Of a DNA stretch of 41,135 nucleotides, positions 18,188 through 26,097 are shown piece by piece. The DNA is from a virus (taxonomy: Duplodnaviria > Caudoviricetes): the IMG/VR virus record IMGVR_UViG_3300015263_000352, positions 1 to 41,135 of that record; one strand, given 5' to 3'. The notes beneath the pieces are model-generated. The model had not been told where the DNA came from and searched no databases. It was given only the letters and a program-made list of their open reading frames with translations. The translations under genes and the position numbers were made by a program. How positions within the stretch are numbered: position 1 is the stretch's first letter; the number at the start of each line of letters is the position of its first letter.

Positions 18188-18230
18188 AATACACATCTGT
18201 ATTGACGGTAATACATTTCTGTATTAGTGT
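18188..18230 (+). promoter_or_regulatory. PL-like early promoter covered by two perfect operators
   Basis: AATACA-CATC-TGTATT (18188-203) and AATACA-TTTC-TGTATT (18210-225); TTGACG-17-TAGTGT. Confidence 0.8.
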
Positions 18231-18266
18231 TATTTCCAACTGATGAAAACGTTGGAGATCGCACAC

Positions 18267-18464
18267 ATGTCAAGTCGCCCTACCAATAGTGAGTCAATTC
18301 TTAACAACGCCATTGATGATGTTGAGTTAATAGCACAAGAACAGAGCACCGACGTGCACGACGCTGTTCACCTCTACATTTGCCGTTTCAAGCCAGCTTC
18401 CTGGTTACGCGCTGCTTTGGCCATGCATTACATGCCTGTGCGGTTACACAAAAAAACCGGTTAA
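18267..18464 (+). CDS. Hypothetical early protein
   Basis: First ORF after the PL-like promoter; GGAGA RBS before ATG 18267. Confidence 0.55.
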   Translation: MSSRPTNSESILNNAIDDVELIAQEQSTDVHDAVHLYICRFKPASWLRAALAMHYMPVRLHKKTG

Positions 18465-18485
18465 CAAAAACAAAGGACGATAGCC

Positions 18486-18767
18486 ATGCCATTGGATGCA
18501 AACACACAAGCCGCCGACGAAGAACTAGTCCGACAAGCCGTACTACAACGCAAGCAGGAATTTTACCGACTTGAATTCTGGCGCACCGTCGACCTACCCA
18601 TGATCGTCGAGTCACTTGAGAATCATGCGAATGCCGAACTCGTTTACCTAGTGCGAACCAATGCCAGCGGCAAAAAGAACGCGGCCATTGGCGGCTTACT
18701 GATGCAGTACCTGGACAAACTCGAAACGCATTACGTCGAGCAAAATATCGAACGCGGAGAATTCTAA
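18486..18767 (+). CDS. Hypothetical early protein
   Basis: AAGGA RBS; operon-like packing. Confidence 0.6.
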   Translation: MPLDANTQAADEELVRQAVLQRKQEFYRLEFWRTVDLPMIVESLENHANAELVYLVRTNASGKKNAAIGGLLMQYLDKLETHYVEQNIERGEF

Positions 18768-18791
18768 CCACAAACAACAAGGAGTCACGTG

Positions 18792-18908
18792 ATGGCACAC
18801 GTCGGTAGCAGTGACTTAGATTCGGCAGCGGGTTGTATGTATGGCGTTCTTACCGGCGCCACCATTCTGGTCTTAATCGGAATCGTGTTGTGGATATTGT
18901 TTTATTGA
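18792..18908 (+). CDS. 38-aa single-TM peptide
   Basis: AAGGAG RBS; MAHVGSSDLDSAAGCMYGVLTGATILVLIGIVLWILFY. Confidence 0.6.
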   Translation: MAHVGSSDLDSAAGCMYGVLTGATILVLIGIVLWILFY

Positions 18909-18971
18909 TTATCGCCTTGCTCGTTTTTGGGTGGGCAATTTATTCAGACCATCGAAATAGGAATCGTTACA

Positions 18972-19877
18972 GTGAGCGCAGAAAAAAAGCAGATTGAGGA
19001 ACAAATCAAAGAAGGTGAATTAATTCAGCTAGGTTTGCACGACGACCTACCTGAAGAGCAATACCACAAATCGCCTGGTATCAGTAAGCATGGTTTGGAT
19101 ATGCTCAACCAATCCCCTGCTCACTACATCGTCTCTAAATCTGAACCGTGGGAACCAACACAACCGATGATTGTAGGCAGTGCATTCCATTGCCTAACGC
19201 TCGAACCTCATAAGTTTGATGAACGTTTCGTCGTAAACACAATACACAAAGATTTCAAAAAACAAGTTGCTAAGGACTGGCGGGAAGAACAACGCAAATC
19301 TGGTAAAGCCATTTTATCACAAAAAGAATACGACAACTGTCGGTACATGGTCGAGGCTATTCGCAATCATCCACGTGCCAGTATTCTTTGCGATCCTGAT
19401 ATGGGTAAAGCTGAAGTATCAGGCTACTGGATTGATAAAAATCGCAGTCTTTGGGAAGAAGACGGACTCGACCCAACTAACCGATTGTGTCGCATGCGTA
19501 TTGACTTCATTAATGAGGCTCACAATTTATTGGTTGATCTTAAAAAAGCTGAGTGCGCTGGCATGTCTAAGTTTGCGCGCCAAATCCATAACTATCGCTA
19601 CCACGTGCAACATGCTTTTTACATGGATGGCTTTCGCCAGGTCAAAGGCGGATTTAACCCACAGACTTTTATCTTTGTTGTCGTTGAGCCAGAACCACCC
19701 TACGCAATTGGTTTGTATGAACTTGCGCCCAAGGATGTTCGGCTTGGCCGGCAAATCTATAAACGCGATTTGCAACGATACCACGAATGTATGACCAACA
19801 GGGAATGGCCAGCGTATGACGATCGCATCCGATCACTTGAACTGCCTAAGTATGCGGAATACTTAGATTACTACTAG
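18972..19877 (+). CDS. RecE/exonuclease VIII-like PD-(D/E)XK exonuclease (DUF3799 type)
   Basis: YHKSPGISKHGL, GSAFHCLTLEP, CRMRID, VDLK, YHVQHAFY, FIFVVVE..PPY. Confidence 0.88.
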   Translation: MSAEKKQIEEQIKEGELIQLGLHDDLPEEQYHKSPGISKHGLDMLNQSPAHYIVSKSEPWEPTQPMIVGSAFHCLTLEPHKFDERFVVNTIHKDFKKQVAKDWREEQRKSGKAILSQKEYDNCRYMVEAIRNHPRASILCDPDMGKAEVSGYWIDKNRSLWEEDGLDPTNRLCRMRIDFINEAHNLLVDLKKAECAGMSKFARQIHNYRYHVQHAFYMDGFRQVKGGFNPQTFIFVVVEPEPPYAIGLYELAPKDVRLGRQIYKRDLQRYHECMTNREWPAYDDRIRSLELPKYAEYLDYY

Positions 19878-19890
19878 AGGACTTTTACAA

Positions 19891-21045
19891 ATGGGAAAAA
19901 TGAACGAAGAAGCACAAGCAAAAGCACGCAAGAACCAAACTGAAATGGATCGCGCTAAACGTGCATTGCAACAAAACAAAGAAGCACAGACGGCTGGAAT
20001 TTCAGCGCCCAGTATTACATACGCAGAAATTGCAGAAAAAATTAACACAGCAAAGACCTATGATGACGTCAATGACGCTGAATCGTTAATCGTGAATTTA
20101 CCAGAGGACCAAAAAAACGAGCTCAAAGCACGAGCCGAAAATAAGCGATTAGCGCTAGATAACGCTGTGCAAGCCGAGTATGAGCAACCCGAATTGACTC
20201 CTGAGCCGGAAGTCTCTGCCGACGCTCCTGTGTCATCAGTTCCCACTGAGGCAGAATCGGTGCAGGAGTCTCCCAAAAAGCAAGAGATGGTAGTCCCCGT
20301 TATTACTGACAGAACTGGCAAAACAAAAGTATTGAAGCCTACATCTACCAGCTTTTTTGTCGAGGTAAATGCTTTCGAAACAGCGCAGCGCATTGCCAAA
20401 TCATTGTGCGCGTCAACGTTGGTGCCGAAGGATTACCAAGGAAATGAAAACATATCCAACTGCATGATTGCGTTGGAAATGGCGCAGCGTATGAACACTA
20501 GCCCGTTGATGGTTATGCAAAATCTTTATGTCGTGCATGGTCGACCAGGCTGGTCAGCGCAATATGTTATTGCCTCGATCAACAAAACCGGCAAGTACTC
20601 ACCGCTGCGTTTCAAGCTTTCCGAGCGAGACAATTTTGAAACCGAAGTCGAGTACACAGAATACGAATGGAGTGCTACGGATAGGCGCAAAGTACCCATT
20701 AAGAAAAAAATTAAGGTATTCAACCGTACTTGCTTTGCATGGGCAAATGAGCTTGATACCGGCGAAGTATTGGAAGGTCCAGAGGTTTCGGTCGTGATGG
20801 CTGCATCAGAAGGATGGCTGCAGAAAGATGGGTCCAAATGGAAAACCATGGAAGATGTCATGCTGCGCTATCGTGCTGCCAGTTTCTTTGGAAAATTGTA
20901 TGCGCCTGAAATTATGATGGGCATGCAAACAGCTGAAGAATTATCGGACATCATTGAAACCGATAACGTGAACGGCGTTTACCAAAACGCTGATACGGAT
21001 ATCGACAAATTAAACGATAGTTTATTAGGTGCGAAAACAGCCTAA
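19891..21045 (+). CDS. RecT/beta-like single-strand annealing recombinase
   Basis: LVPKDYQG, PLMVMQNLYVVHGRP, KWKTM..VMLRYRAASFFG...GMQTAEE; paired with the exonuclease. Confidence 0.75.
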   Translation: MGKMNEEAQAKARKNQTEMDRAKRALQQNKEAQTAGISAPSITYAEIAEKINTAKTYDDVNDAESLIVNLPEDQKNELKARAENKRLALDNAVQAEYEQPELTPEPEVSADAPVSSVPTEAESVQESPKKQEMVVPVITDRTGKTKVLKPTSTSFFVEVNAFETAQRIAKSLCASTLVPKDYQGNENISNCMIALEMAQRMNTSPLMVMQNLYVVHGRPGWSAQYVIASINKTGKYSPLRFKLSERDNFETEVEYTEYEWSATDRRKVPIKKKIKVFNRTCFAWANELDTGEVLEGPEVSVVMAASEGWLQKDGSKWKTMEDVMLRYRAASFFGKLYAPEIMMGMQTAEELSDIIETDNVNGVYQNADTDIDKLNDSLLGAKTA

Positions 21046-21048
21046 GAG

Positions 21049-21260
21049 AACAAGGAGGTTGCAGCACCTTCCCTGTTAGCCCCTGATGATCTTGCGACAG
21101 TGAGTGTGACGGCTCTCGAAATGTCAACGGTGCATCAGGATGTCAGGCAAACAAAAATGCTGCCGGGTTGGTCATCCCTAAGCGGAAGGTCTTTAGGAGG
21201 ACTGGACCACCAACGCTGGCGTTAACAGGTAGAGTTCGCGGCTCTGCCTGGCCAGCAACC
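21049..21260 (+). ncRNA. Cluster of back-to-back stem-loop elements (unassigned structured RNA)
   Basis: Stems AACAAGGAGGT/ACCTTCCCTGTT, CCTGATG/CATCAGG, GTTGGT/ACCAAC and GCTGGC+CAGGTAGAG/CTCTGCCTG+GCCAGC in a ~250-nt stretch with no credible plus-strand ORF. Confidence 0.5.
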
Positions 21261-21293
21261 GCATCTATAAATGAAATTAAATAGCACACGGAC

Positions 21294-21470
21294 ATGATAA
21301 TGAAAATCTCACATATAGAAAAAATTGTACTTGTGTTAATCGTATTGTTCATCATTGCTTTGGGGTTTTTAGTAAAAGGCTGTTCTGTGTTGACTAGCCG
21401 GATTGATCAAAAAGGACTTAAAGATATAACTGAACAAATATGGTACGGCAAGAACGGCAAAAAACAATGA
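21294..21470 (+). CDS. 58-aa membrane protein
   Basis: IVLVLIVLFIIALGFLV TM helix; GLKDITEQIWYG tail; ATGA overlap with the next gene. Confidence 0.65.
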   Translation: MIMKISHIEKIVLVLIVLFIIALGFLVKGCSVLTSRIDQKGLKDITEQIWYGKNGKKQ

Positions 21471-21664
21471 TTCTCAATGGCGACACAAAAATAAGCTATA
21501 CAGCATTCGGCCGGCCGCAGGAATTGGACGCCAGCTGGTCGAAATTTAAAAAAGATTGGGATGAGGTAATCCCACCAGATGAGATGCGTCGCATCAGTGA
21601 AGAAATCCAACAAGGTAAAGTAGCCAAGTATGACGTGCTGATGGTTTGGATTAAGAAACCGTAA
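21467..21664 (+). CDS. Hypothetical protein
   Basis: Coupled start (ATGA) MILNGDTK... Confidence 0.55.
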   Translation: MILNGDTKISYTAFGRPQELDASWSKFKKDWDEVIPPDEMRRISEEIQQGKVAKYDVLMVWIKKP

Positions 21665-21691
21665 TATTAATCAACAATTGGAGAACCCGAA

Positions 21692-22273
21692 ATGTCAATG
21701 CTACACACAAAATGCAAGCGCTGCAGTCGACCATTGCGGAGTAAAAAAAGCATGGAAATTGGCTACGGCCCACATTGCGCTAAGGTTGCCGGCGTTCGAT
21801 ACGAACTGAAGGATAACCAGGTTATCGCCAAAGAGCGGTTAGCAGTAATCGACGAGCCTATGTTTTTTGATGTTGTTCTAAAGCGCGATGGCGCAGACAC
21901 GTCCGGCGAAGCAATTACTAACGTACCCTGGTCAGTGATCTGGCATTCACCTGATGGTTTTAATTGGGGTTATGGCGGATCCGGACCAGCCGACCTAGCG
22001 CTCAATATTCTCAACGCTTATGTGCCACCAGGTACCGACGGACTGGAAAGCGTTAAATGCTACCAAGGCGAATGCTCAGCAACGGCCAGCTACTTACACC
22101 AAGAATTCAAACGGGAAATAATTGCCGCCATTCCGGTATCAGGCGCAACGATCTACGCCGAAACCATTCACTCATGGATCAAAAAGAAAAAGGAACTGTT
22201 GCCAGAATCGTTTTACATCGAGCATCAGCGATTGGATACACAACTGGAATTTGCGAAAGCTAATTACTCATGA
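21692..22273 (+). CDS. DUF6011-like Zn finger fused to a DUF6166-like domain
   Basis: CKRCSRPL....S...GYGPHCA; HSPDGFNWGYGGSGPADLALNIL. Confidence 0.7.
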   Translation: MSMLHTKCKRCSRPLRSKKSMEIGYGPHCAKVAGVRYELKDNQVIAKERLAVIDEPMFFDVVLKRDGADTSGEAITNVPWSVIWHSPDGFNWGYGGSGPADLALNILNAYVPPGTDGLESVKCYQGECSATASYLHQEFKREIIAAIPVSGATIYAETIHSWIKKKKELLPESFYIEHQRLDTQLEFAKANYS

Positions 22274-22421
22274 AAGGCTACATCGAAATTGCCGGACTTA
22301 TAAAACACCAGACTGAAAAAGCTGTGTTGTTTCATGATGGCACCAAAGATGTGTGGATCGCAAAAAGCCCTTGGAAATGCACAAGTTCCAGCAGTGGTTA
22401 GAGCAGCATGGAGGCTTTTAA
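22270..22421 (+). pseudogene. Truncated or frameshifted small phage gene
   Basis: MKGYIEIAGLIKHQTEKAVLFHDGTKDVWIAKS degenerates into PWKCTSSSSG*, while another frame gives LEMHKFQQWLEQHGGF*. Confidence 0.45.
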
Positions 22422-22425
22422 CTGA

Positions 22426-22632
22426 ATGCGATCCTTAACCGACGTACTCAACGAAACAGCTAACTTGCTGCAGGAAAACGCTGACGTGATAGCTAACTCG
22501 TATACGAATCCTGATGGTAAGTTCTTGTTCTCAGAGGACGAGCGCATATACAACCGTCACGTGAGCCTGATCGCTGACTTGCGGGAACATAAACAACAAC
22601 TCGATAAACTTGAAGGCGAAGGGAGAAACTAA
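22426..22632 (+). CDS. Hypothetical protein
   Basis: GGAGG upstream; helical 68-aa ORF in the early operon. Confidence 0.6.
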   Translation: MRSLTDVLNETANLLQENADVIANSYTNPDGKFLFSEDERIYNRHVSLIADLREHKQQLDKLEGEGRN

Positions 22633-22693
22633 GAACAATGAAAATATTTTGCACCGGATGCAACAAAACAGGAGTAGCCAGTTAAGTTAATTT

Positions 22694-22806
22694 GCAGAGG
22701 TGGCCGAGTGGCTCAAGGCAACGATGAGAGATCATAGCTCTATATACGTGATGTTGGCCGTCCATGTCTACGATATCCGCAGGTTCGAATCCTGCCCTCT
22801 GCGCCA
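22694..22806 (+). tRNA. Non-canonical tRNA-like RNA (class II body, elongated anticodon arm with CAT loop, encoded CCA)
   Basis: Acceptor GCAGAGG/CCTCTGC + G + CCA; D arm TGGCCGAGTGGCTCAAGGC; T arm GCAGG-TTCGAAT-CCTGC; 113 nt long. Confidence 0.75.
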
Positions 22807-22858
22807 TATACCAACAGCGAAAGCGTGACGGCTTTTTAAAGTTAAAGGAATTGGAAAA

Positions 22859-23203
22859 ATGAGCGAAGAAAAATTTGAACAATGGGCAATCGTTGAAATA
22901 TTCGGCCACGATATGTACGCCGGCCGCGTGACTGAAGGTGTTATTGGTGGTTGTTCTTTTGTCCGAGTGGATATACCAAAAATCGGCGAATTGGAAGGAT
23001 TCACAAAATTCTTTGGCCAGGGCGCAATATATGGCATGACCATTGTTGATGAGCAAACAGCAAGGATTAAAGCCGCAGCGTTATGTAAACAGCCAATGGA
23101 TTCATGGTCGGTCGGTCAATTGGTGGAGAAAGCTGTCCAACAGCGCCTATTGGAAAGCAAGCCGGTTGAAAGCGACGAAGAAGAAACAGAGGATTTTTAC
23201 TAA
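22859..23203 (+). CDS. Conserved phage hypothetical protein
   Basis: WAIVEIFGH..YAGRVTE...FVRVDIP...TKFFGQGAIY motif seen in phage early regions. Confidence 0.7.
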   Translation: MSEEKFEQWAIVEIFGHDMYAGRVTEGVIGGCSFVRVDIPKIGELEGFTKFFGQGAIYGMTIVDEQTARIKAAALCKQPMDSWSVGQLVEKAVQQRLLESKPVESDEEETEDFY

Positions 23204-23227
23204 AACAAAATTCGGGAGACAACAATC

Positions 23228-23704
23228 ATGAAATGGATCAAGCAGATATCTGAAAATGATGACCTAATAATTTTAGTCGGCGCAATCTTAGCAATATTCG
23301 TGGGATGCTGTGCCCTACTCTACGCCAATAGTGCTGACGCCGCCATGCGTCAACATCCTGAAGTCTACTATCAGGATCAATTCTGCACGCCAGCTATCAG
23401 CATAACCAATACGACACACAACCAATACAGGTTTAGCGATGGGAAAATCGCGGACTGTGTCACCAAGTATGGTGTGGTGTTTGAGATCGACTTCGCTAAC
23501 AAGGGATGGACAGAAGCGGTCGGGCAGTCCCTGCATTACGCGCAGCAAGCCACGCGTGATATTGGCCGGCCGTTCGTCCCGGGCATTGCGGTGATTGTTG
23601 AATCATCAAACGACTGTGACGATCTTGTGACGCGGTATGCAGAGAATGTTAGTGCTGCGATTGTCGAGATTGGCAACTATGCCTATCAGTGCGCAAAGCA
23701 ATGA
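23228..23704 (+). CDS. Membrane-anchored protein with a PD-(D/E)XK-like domain
   Basis: N-terminal TM helix; DGKIADCVT...FEIDFA...EAVGQSLHYA. Confidence 0.55.
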   Translation: MKWIKQISENDDLIILVGAILAIFVGCCALLYANSADAAMRQHPEVYYQDQFCTPAISITNTTHNQYRFSDGKIADCVTKYGVVFEIDFANKGWTEAVGQSLHYAQQATRDIGRPFVPGIAVIVESSNDCDDLVTRYAENVSAAIVEIGNYAYQCAKQ

Positions 23705-23916
23705 TTAAGGTTGTTCGCAAATACCGGGGTAACGTACAACAACAAATCGTTAAGAATAATCTGACCGGTTATGTTGATGATGAAGGTCATGTGCGAATGA
23801 CTGTTGGCACTTGGGACGGTCGTCGCATTTACTACGAAGTTGTTGTCACCCCGGTTGATATTAAAAGGCTTGAAAAGCTTTTAAGAGAAGCAAAAACAAA
23901 ATTGGGGGTTAGCTAA
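23701..23916 (+). CDS. Hypothetical protein
   Basis: ATGA-coupled to the upstream gene. Confidence 0.6.
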   Translation: MIKVVRKYRGNVQQQIVKNNLTGYVDDEGHVRMTVGTWDGRRIYYEVVVTPVDIKRLEKLLREAKTKLGVS

Positions 23917-23985
23917 TGACAAAACCGATGGGACTTTTCTGCCGTATGTTTCATAGAAAACACCATGCGATGACGAACTACTCCA

Positions 23986-24050
23986 GGCGTGGCGCGGCAG
24001 GGTATGGCGCGGCATGGCGAGGCAGGGCAGGGCGAGGCTAGGCTAGGCAA
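23986..24050 (+). repeat. 13 tandem GGCNN pentamers
   Basis: GGCGT GGCGC GGCAG GGTAT GGCGC GGCAT GGCGA GGCAG GGCAG GGCGA GGCTA GGCTA GGCAA. Confidence 0.9.
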
Positions 24051-24072
24051 TCATTTTTTTAAAGTGGCCAAA

Positions 24073-24303
24073 ATGAAAAATATAACGTTAACAACCATTG
24101 GCATCCATTCAGATGGATCGACAGAGTATCGTATTGTCATGCCAGGTTGTAATGACATCACCATAATTACACAGAAACCATACGAAGAAGTAGTCGAAGA
24201 CTTTAACAAGTATGTGGACCGGGAGCACCAATTCATCGAAAGCGCTAAACGGCAATGCGACAGGTTTCATAAAAAACGAATCAAAGGACTTGCCTTATGT
24301 TAA
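24073..24303 (+). CDS. Hypothetical protein
   Basis: Likely start MKNITLTT after the repeat tract. Confidence 0.55.
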   Translation: MKNITLTTIGIHSDGSTEYRIVMPGCNDITIITQKPYEEVVEDFNKYVDREHQFIESAKRQCDRFHKKRIKGLALC

Positions 24304-24560
24304 ATGTAGCTTTGAGTCGAGCATCGAACAGCGCGAAAGCTGTGATACAGTGCATAAGACGAAACCACAAACCACGACGCGTGTTTATCTTTACGGATGG
24401 CAGTGTCAGGACGGCTCAGCCTGGTACGTCGCGCTGCAATGATCTGGAAGCTTTTTTTATTGAGTGCTTAGTCGGCACCTATGACGAAAATTCGACTACC
24501 ATACAAATTGCCGCTGATATCAGGGAACATGTGCGAGAAATACAAGGTACGCAGAAATGA
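24297..24560 (+). CDS. Hypothetical protein
   Basis: Overlaps both neighbours; LVGTYD motif. Confidence 0.55.
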   Translation: MLNVALSRASNSAKAVIQCIRRNHKPRRVFIFTDGSVRTAQPGTSRCNDLEAFFIECLVGTYDENSTTIQIAADIREHVREIQGTQK

Positions 24561-24844
24561 CAGATACGATCATAATTGATGTACATGAAGCCGCCAATAT
24601 AATTGGTTGTTCTGTTGATTTTGTTTATATACTGGCTGGCAACGGACGATTGCCTGGTGCAAAGGTTGGTAAAGAATGGCGATTCGATCGAGATGATATT
24701 CGAGAATTCATGCGAAATCAAATTATTTTGCAAACAAAAAAACGTATTGATCCAATTATTGGATCGCCCAGAAAACAACATAGCCATGATTATGGCGAAT
24801 TACCTGAGTTACCACCGGATGCAATAAAATTGGTTCCTAATTAA
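24557..24844 (+). CDS. xis: Excisionase / recombination directionality factor (MerR-like HTH)
   Basis: EAANIIGCS..FVYILAGNGRLPGAKVGKEWRF; convergent with the integrase. Confidence 0.8.
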   Translation: MTDTIIIDVHEAANIIGCSVDFVYILAGNGRLPGAKVGKEWRFDRDDIREFMRNQIILQTKKRIDPIIGSPRKQHSHDYGELPELPPDAIKLVPN

Positions 24845-25879
24845 TTACCATAGTTCATCAGCAAGGTTGCTACCTCGTAAATTGGCGTAACGCTTCAACG
24901 TGCGCAGATCCTTATGCCCGGTAATTTTGGCAATCTGAATATCCGACAATCTGGTACGTTCGTATAACCTGCTCGTTGCTTCGTGACGCAGATCATGAAA
25001 GTTTAATCGCTGCAAACCAACCTGCTCGAACACCCTACCAAACTTCTTAGACAGCAGCGACGTGGTGCGCTTAAGCTCGCGAGCACTGCGATCTCCATTC
25101 CACCAAGGGAAGATAATCCCCTTTTTCTTTTTCATGTATACAGCCATACAGCGCATCACAATGCTATTCATGGGCACTTGCCGCTTGTCTCCGTTCTTGG
25201 TTTTATCCAGGAAGATAGTCCGCTTTTTAAAGTCGACCTGGTCCCGGGTCAAAGTGTACATCTCACGCAGCCGCATCGCGCTTTCGATGGCCAGAATGAA
25301 CAGCATCAACATATCGATATCGTCGCCGATCGCTTCGAAGATCAAGTCTTCTTCGTGTGGGTCACAGCGCTCATCCCTGAATTCTTCTTCCTGGTCGTTG
25401 CCGGTAGTGGCGTAGCGTTTTGGCAATACCCGCAGCGGATTGACCAACAGGCCTTTACGTTGCGCCCAGTCGAAACATCGAGCCGTAGCGCCTACATAAT
25501 GGCGGATAGTCGTGGGTGATAATTGCTGTATTGTTTTCATTTCCTGGATCCAGTTCTCGGCCCAGTCATACGTGATTGTAGATACAGGCAGCAAGCCAAT
25601 GCGTTCGAGCAACACGTTCATCAAATCAGTATCGGATTTGGATATCGTGATAGTAGTCAGGTACTGGCGTATGAGGTCACGCACCAGGCTTAGTGATTTG
25701 GTTTCTTTTGGTTTAAACCGCTCAGGGATTATGCCGTGATTGAGTAATTTTTCCAGGTTTTCTACAAAATTGTCACCTTCGTCAGGGTCAGTAAAATATA
25801 GATATATGGGTTTAGGTAATAATTTTTTTCGACGAACGCAATACTCCCAGCGATCGCCGCGCTTGCGTTTAGTTGCCAT
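24845..25879 (-). CDS. int: Tyrosine integrase
   Basis: ESAMRLREM (R), KTKNG (K), FHDLRHEA (HxxR), ITGHKD (H), LKRYA (Y). Confidence 0.95.
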   Translation of the reverse strand: MATKRKRGDRWEYCVRRKKLLPKPIYLYFTDPDEGDNFVENLEKLLNHGIIPERFKPKETKSLSLVRDLIRQYLTTITISKSDTDLMNVLLERIGLLPVSTITYDWAENWIQEMKTIQQLSPTTIRHYVGATARCFDWAQRKGLLVNPLRVLPKRYATTGNDQEEEFRDERCDPHEEDLIFEAIGDDIDMLMLFILAIESAMRLREMYTLTRDQVDFKKRTIFLDKTKNGDKRQVPMNSIVMRCMAVYMKKKKGIIFPWWNGDRSARELKRTTSLLSKKFGRVFEQVGLQRLNFHDLRHEATSRLYERTRLSDIQIAKITGHKDLRTLKRYANLRGSNLADELW

Positions 25880-25990
25880 TCAAGGGTATCCATGTTGTAG
25901 TTAGATAAATTGTCCACGGCCAACAATACCATAATTGGAGTGGTATACATATCGTGTGGAGTGGATCGAGATCGGATTAGGTCGGGAAAC

Positions 25991-26018
25991 GCGCAATTGT
26001 CAACGTGTGAAATTGCGC
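25991..26018 (-). terminator. Hairpin downstream of the tRNA fragment (replacement terminator)
   Basis: GCGCAATT-N12-AATTGCGC, followed by GTTT on the minus strand. Confidence 0.45.
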
Positions 26019-26081
26019 TAAGTCATTGAAATAATTGGAGGCTGAGGTCGGAATCGAACCGGCGTCCACGGCTTTGCAGGC

Positions 26082-26097
26082 TGTTCCACGTGGAACA
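26082..26097. promoter_or_regulatory. parS-type palindrome
   Basis: TGTTCCACGTGGAACA, a perfect 16-bp palindrome matching the bacterial chromosomal parS consensus. Confidence 0.75.

Noticed and set aside
21083-21139. Hammerhead ribozyme (CTGATGA...CGAAA...ATC)
   Set aside because: Stem II lacks the closing pair after CTGATGA (T versus C), stem I is mismatched, and CTGATG pairs better with the downstream CATCAG. Kept only as an unassigned structure.
23986-24050. CRISPR array, or a genuine MARQGMARHG N-terminus for ORF 23989-24303
   Set aside because: Units are 5 bp with no spacers and there are no cas genes; the peptide is simply a translation of the repeat, and a better start exists at 24073.
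26036-26081. Functional tRNA-Cys gene
   Set aside because: Only the anticodon loop to CCA is present; the 5' acceptor strand and D arm are replaced by the parS palindrome, so it is an attP core.
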